Source of the DNA: Alphaproteobacteria bacterium
GTDB lineage: Bacteria; Pseudomonadota; Alphaproteobacteria; Rhizobiales; JAJFHR01
DNA: 64,000 bases
Reading direction: 5' to 3'
Assembly: GCA_024278055.1 (NCBI GenBank)
Contig: JAJRTY010000099.1
Coordinates: 3,249 to 67,248 of the forward strand
The notes under the pieces are model-generated. The model was not told where the DNA came from and ran no database searches. It worked only from the letters and a program-made list of their open reading frames with translations. The stretch's first letter is position 1. Every line of letters begins with the position of its first letter. Below are positions 61,027-64,000 of the stretch, piece by piece. Both the position numbers and the translations under genes were made by a program.

Positions 61027-62937
61027 ATGCAGACCGCCTCCAATATTATTAAATATGTCCGATGGAGTTACTTTGTCAGCATTGCGCTGATGCTATCGAT
61101 TTCTCTTGTTTATTTCAGCTCGGCGAGACAAATGAATATTGAGATAAAGCAGTTTAGTGAACTGGCCCTGCATTTTTCCAAATTGGACCAAACCATGCAG
61201 GAGCTGGCCGCTAAAGCAAAACGCATTGCCACTACCGATGAACTGAACTCATTGCCGTCGTTGAAAACGTCGATGAAATATCACGCCTCGAATGCCCGCA
61301 AACATTTTACGATGGCGATGTCTATTTGGGCTCAATCAAACTCGGAGTTGAAAAACTCGATCATAAGATCATCACAGCAGATGGGCAACGATGACCCCTT
61401 TCAGCAACATAAACGTCTGCTCGATATAACGGATATCGATAAAGCTGAAAATCTGGAGGAAATCAGGTGGCTGGGTAAGAAAAAATTTGGCATCTACAAT
61501 AGTTATGTTGCCGCCTCGAACCATCTGATAGAGGGCAAGCTGTATGAGTTTCTTGATAAAAAGGCCACAGAGTTTTCCAACTTGATTTCATGGTTTATTG
61601 TAACCGGAATTGGCAGTCTGATTGCCATCGGGGTGATTATTTTATTCCCGATGGAGCGGGCTATCGCCAACATAATCACCGACCTCAACCGCCTGCGGAT
61701 GCGCGCTGAAAATGCTGATCGCGCCAAGAGTGAATTCCTGGCCAATATGAGTCATGAAATCAGAACTCCCATGAACGGTGTGATGGGAATGGCTGAGCTG
61801 CTCGGCAACACCGGGCTGGATAAAAAGCAGAAGATGTTTGTTGATGTCATCATCAAATCCGGTGGATCACTGGTGACAATCATCAATGATATTCTTGATT
61901 TTACCAAGATAGATGCGGGGCAACTCAAGCTTGATCCCAAACCCTTTATTCTGGCCGAAACTGTTGATGAAGTGGCTGTCCTGATTGCGCCGGGCATTGA
62001 CTGTAAAAAAGTTGAACTGATCGTCAGGATGCAACCCGGGCTGCCTGAAAGATTCATTGGTGATTCCGGGCGAGTTCGCCAGGCGATTACCAACATTGTC
62101 GGCAACGCCGCCAAATTTACCCGGGAGGGTCATATTCTTGTAGATGTTTCAGGCGACCTGGAGCCTGAAAAAGACGGAGAAATCATTGCCAACATTGTAA
62201 TCAGCGTTACCGATACCGGCATCGGCATACCGGAAGAAAAACTGGACGCGATATTTGACAAGTTCTCTCAGGTTGACGGTTCCGCCACCCGCAAGCACGA
62301 AGGGACCGGCCTGGGCCTCTCAATCACCAAAATGCTGGTAGAATTGATGGGCGGCACAGTCACGATCGAAAGCCAGGTCAAAAAGGGCTCGACGTTCCGA
62401 ATTTCACTGCCGCTGATTGTTGATGGCGAAATCGAACAAACCGGCACAATACCCAAAGATGTCACCGGCTCGCGTGTTCTGATTGTTGATGACAATGAAA
62501 TCAACCGCAGGATTTTGATGGAGCAAATGGCTTCATGGCAGCTTGACGCGACCCAAACCTCTTCCGGTCTGGAAGCTTTAACCGCACTTCATAGAGGCAG
62601 GAGCCTGGGCCGGCCCTTTGACCTGGTGATTGTCGATTACCAGATGCCAGGCATGGATGGTATTGAGATTGTTAATCAGATCCGCCATCAGCCAGGTATT
62701 CAGTTTACGCCCGTAATTATGTTAACTTCGGTTGATAATGCTGGTGAAGATGCCATCCGGGATATTGATATCCAGGACCATCTGGTCAAGCCTGCCCGCG
62801 CCTCACATCTGCGTGCCTCTACCTTGAAGGTGTTGAGTGAATCGTCAAAAAAAGTCCACATGCCAAAGAGCAACATCACGCCACCAGATACCCGCGAAAA
62901 CATAATTGATACCGAGCGCAAAGGAACAGGCACATGA
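61027..62937 (+). CDS. Hybrid sensor histidine kinase: transmembrane helix, sensor region of about 170 aa, transmembrane helix, HisKA, HATPase and receiver
   Basis: H-box FLANMSHEIRTPMNGV, G-boxes DTGIGIP and GTGLGLSI, and a receiver domain (VLIVDDNEINR...VIVDYQMPGMDG). The track ORF starts at TTG 61009. Confidence 0.9.
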   Translation: MQTASNIIKYVRWSYFVSIALMLSISLVYFSSARQMNIEIKQFSELALHFSKLDQTMQELAAKAKRIATTDELNSLPSLKTSMKYHASNARKHFTMAMSIWAQSNSELKNSIIRSSQQMGNDDPFQQHKRLLDITDIDKAENLEEIRWLGKKKFGIYNSYVAASNHLIEGKLYEFLDKKATEFSNLISWFIVTGIGSLIAIGVIILFPMERAIANIITDLNRLRMRAENADRAKSEFLANMSHEIRTPMNGVMGMAELLGNTGLDKKQKMFVDVIIKSGGSLVTIINDILDFTKIDAGQLKLDPKPFILAETVDEVAVLIAPGIDCKKVELIVRMQPGLPERFIGDSGRVRQAITNIVGNAAKFTREGHILVDVSGDLEPEKDGEIIANIVISVTDTGIGIPEEKLDAIFDKFSQVDGSATRKHEGTGLGLSITKMLVELMGGTVTIESQVKKGSTFRISLPLIVDGEIEQTGTIPKDVTGSRVLIVDDNEINRRILMEQMASWQLDATQTSSGLEALTALHRGRSLGRPFDLVIVDYQMPGMDGIEIVNQIRHQPGIQFTPVIMLTSVDNAGEDAIRDIDIQDHLVKPARASHLRASTLKVLSESSKKVHMPKSNITPPDTRENIIDTERKGTGT

Positions 62938-63326
62938 TCCTCGTTGCCGAAGATAATGAAGTCAATCAAATGGTTATAGAGTATACCTTGCGCGATGCCG
63001 GGTATGATTTTTCCATGGTGGAAAACGGAAAACTTGCAGTGCAGCAGTATCAATCGATCCGGCCCGACCTGATTTTGATGGATATTTCCATGCCGGAGAT
63101 GAATGGTATGGAAGCATCTATAGCAATTCGGGAGCTTGAAAAAGAGACCGAAACCCATGTAATAATTATCGCTATTACTGCTCATGCCCTGCATGGCGAC
63201 CGGGAAAAATTCCTGGAGGCAGGCATGGATGACTACATGCCCAAACCGATCAGCCCAAAGGTCCTTACCGAGCGCTTGGCCGAATGGCTCAGCCCTCAAT
63301 GGCGCCAGGAAAATCTGTCAGCCTGA
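62934..63326 (+). CDS. Single-domain (CheY-like) response regulator
   Basis: 130 aa with ILVAEDNEVNQ, LILMDISMPEMNG and MPKPI. Its start overlaps the kinase stop (ATGA). Confidence 0.9.
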   Translation: MILVAEDNEVNQMVIEYTLRDAGYDFSMVENGKLAVQQYQSIRPDLILMDISMPEMNGMEASIAIRELEKETETHVIIIAITAHALHGDREKFLEAGMDDYMPKPISPKVLTERLAEWLSPQWRQENLSA

Positions 63327-63340
63327 TACCTGGCTTTGAT

Positions 63341-64000
63341 CTATTCAACAGGTGTGGCAGTTGGCACCGGCAGGTCGCGCTTTTGCAGGACCATGCGCAG
63401 GCGATCGGGATAATCTGTAATAATGCCATCGACACCCATGGTGATAAGTTCCTCCATACGGCGGGGCTTGTTTACCGTCCACACATTGACGACAAGGCCC
63501 AGCTTGTGGGCGAGGTCGACTTTCTTTCTGGTTACTTCTTTATGATAGGGTGACCAGATGCGACCGCCTGCCGCCTTGATTGCGTGCGGCTCACTTTGCT
63601 GAAATTCATCAATATCATATCCCGCCAGCCATGGTGATGCCCCCGGCCTGCCAGGCTGAAGCGTATCCAGCCACGGCTGGGAAACCGTAAGGTAGGCTGT
63701 GGGAATTTCCGGTGCCAGTTTTTGAGACACCTGAAGCGAGCGCCAGTCAAACGATTGTAGCGTTACCCTGCCGGACATTTTCTGCGCCCGTATAACATTC
63801 AGTATTGCTGTGACAAAAGCTGTTGGAGATGGGGTAAGGTCCGGTTTTCCCGGGTACAGTTTGGTTTCAATATTAAAGCGCACGGTCTTGTTGCCGCTGC
63901 GTTTCACCAGATCAAACACCTGGTCAAGAGTGGGAATTGAGGTGCCTGCAACAGCAATCTGATTGGCAAACCTTGCAGCATACCGGGTGTCCGGGTTAAT
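63341..64000 (-). CDS. Glycerophosphodiester phosphodiesterase family protein, C-terminal 219 codons (N-terminus lies beyond position 64000)
   Basis: The frame stays open to the window edge. The C-terminus has VNVWTVNKPRRMEELITMGVDGIITDYPD, typical of the GDPD family. Confidence 0.7.
   Translation of the reverse strand: MNPDTRYAARFANQIAVAGTSIPTLDQVFDLVKRSGNKTVRFNIETKLYPGKPDLTPSPTAFVTAILNVIRAQKMSGRVTLQSFDWRSLQVSQKLAPEIPTAYLTVSQPWLDTLQPGRPGASPWLAGYDIDEFQQSEPHAIKAAGGRIWSPYHKEVTRKKVDLAHKLGLVVNVWTVNKPRRMEELITMGVDGIITDYPDRLRMVLQKRDLPVPTATPVE

Overview
This window is an alphaproteobacterial-type chromosomal segment of roughly 50% GC. It carries dnaA-dnaN-recF and about 60 tightly packed genes, almost all core housekeeping and mostly on the minus strand.

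Conserved gene blocks:
- rpsT, fpg, ubiE-ubiB, coaBC-dut
- irr next to fabA-fabB-fabI
- the complete rimP-nusA-ylxR-infB-rbfA-truB-rpsO-pnp block
- trmB, metK
- lnt-corC-ybeY-phoH-miaB
- plsC-like, fur, rimI-tsaB
- trpS-murJ-glnD-mutS, maeB
- a class A PBP, phaZ, senC next to regB-regA, mmcB, ypfJ

The only accessory-looking content is a small parDE toxin-antitoxin islet and a hybrid histidine kinase with a coupled receiver gene. I saw no rRNA, tRNA, CRISPR array, transposase, integrase or recognisable defence island, and I cannot support a claim of a new multi-gene system here.

What the gene list does not explain:
1. A family of three related long palindromic intergenic elements, one of them a perfect 134-bp palindrome.
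2. Single-codon lesions in otherwise intact genes: an in-frame TGA in a fatty-acid desaturase, an in-frame TAA in corC, and a parE toxin with no canonical start codon.
3. An unexplained noncoding stretch of about 780 bp between rpsT and the rhodanese-dnaA genes.
4. A few short perfect palindromes in promoter regions.

Product calls come from reading the translated ORFs and from gene order. No database search was run.
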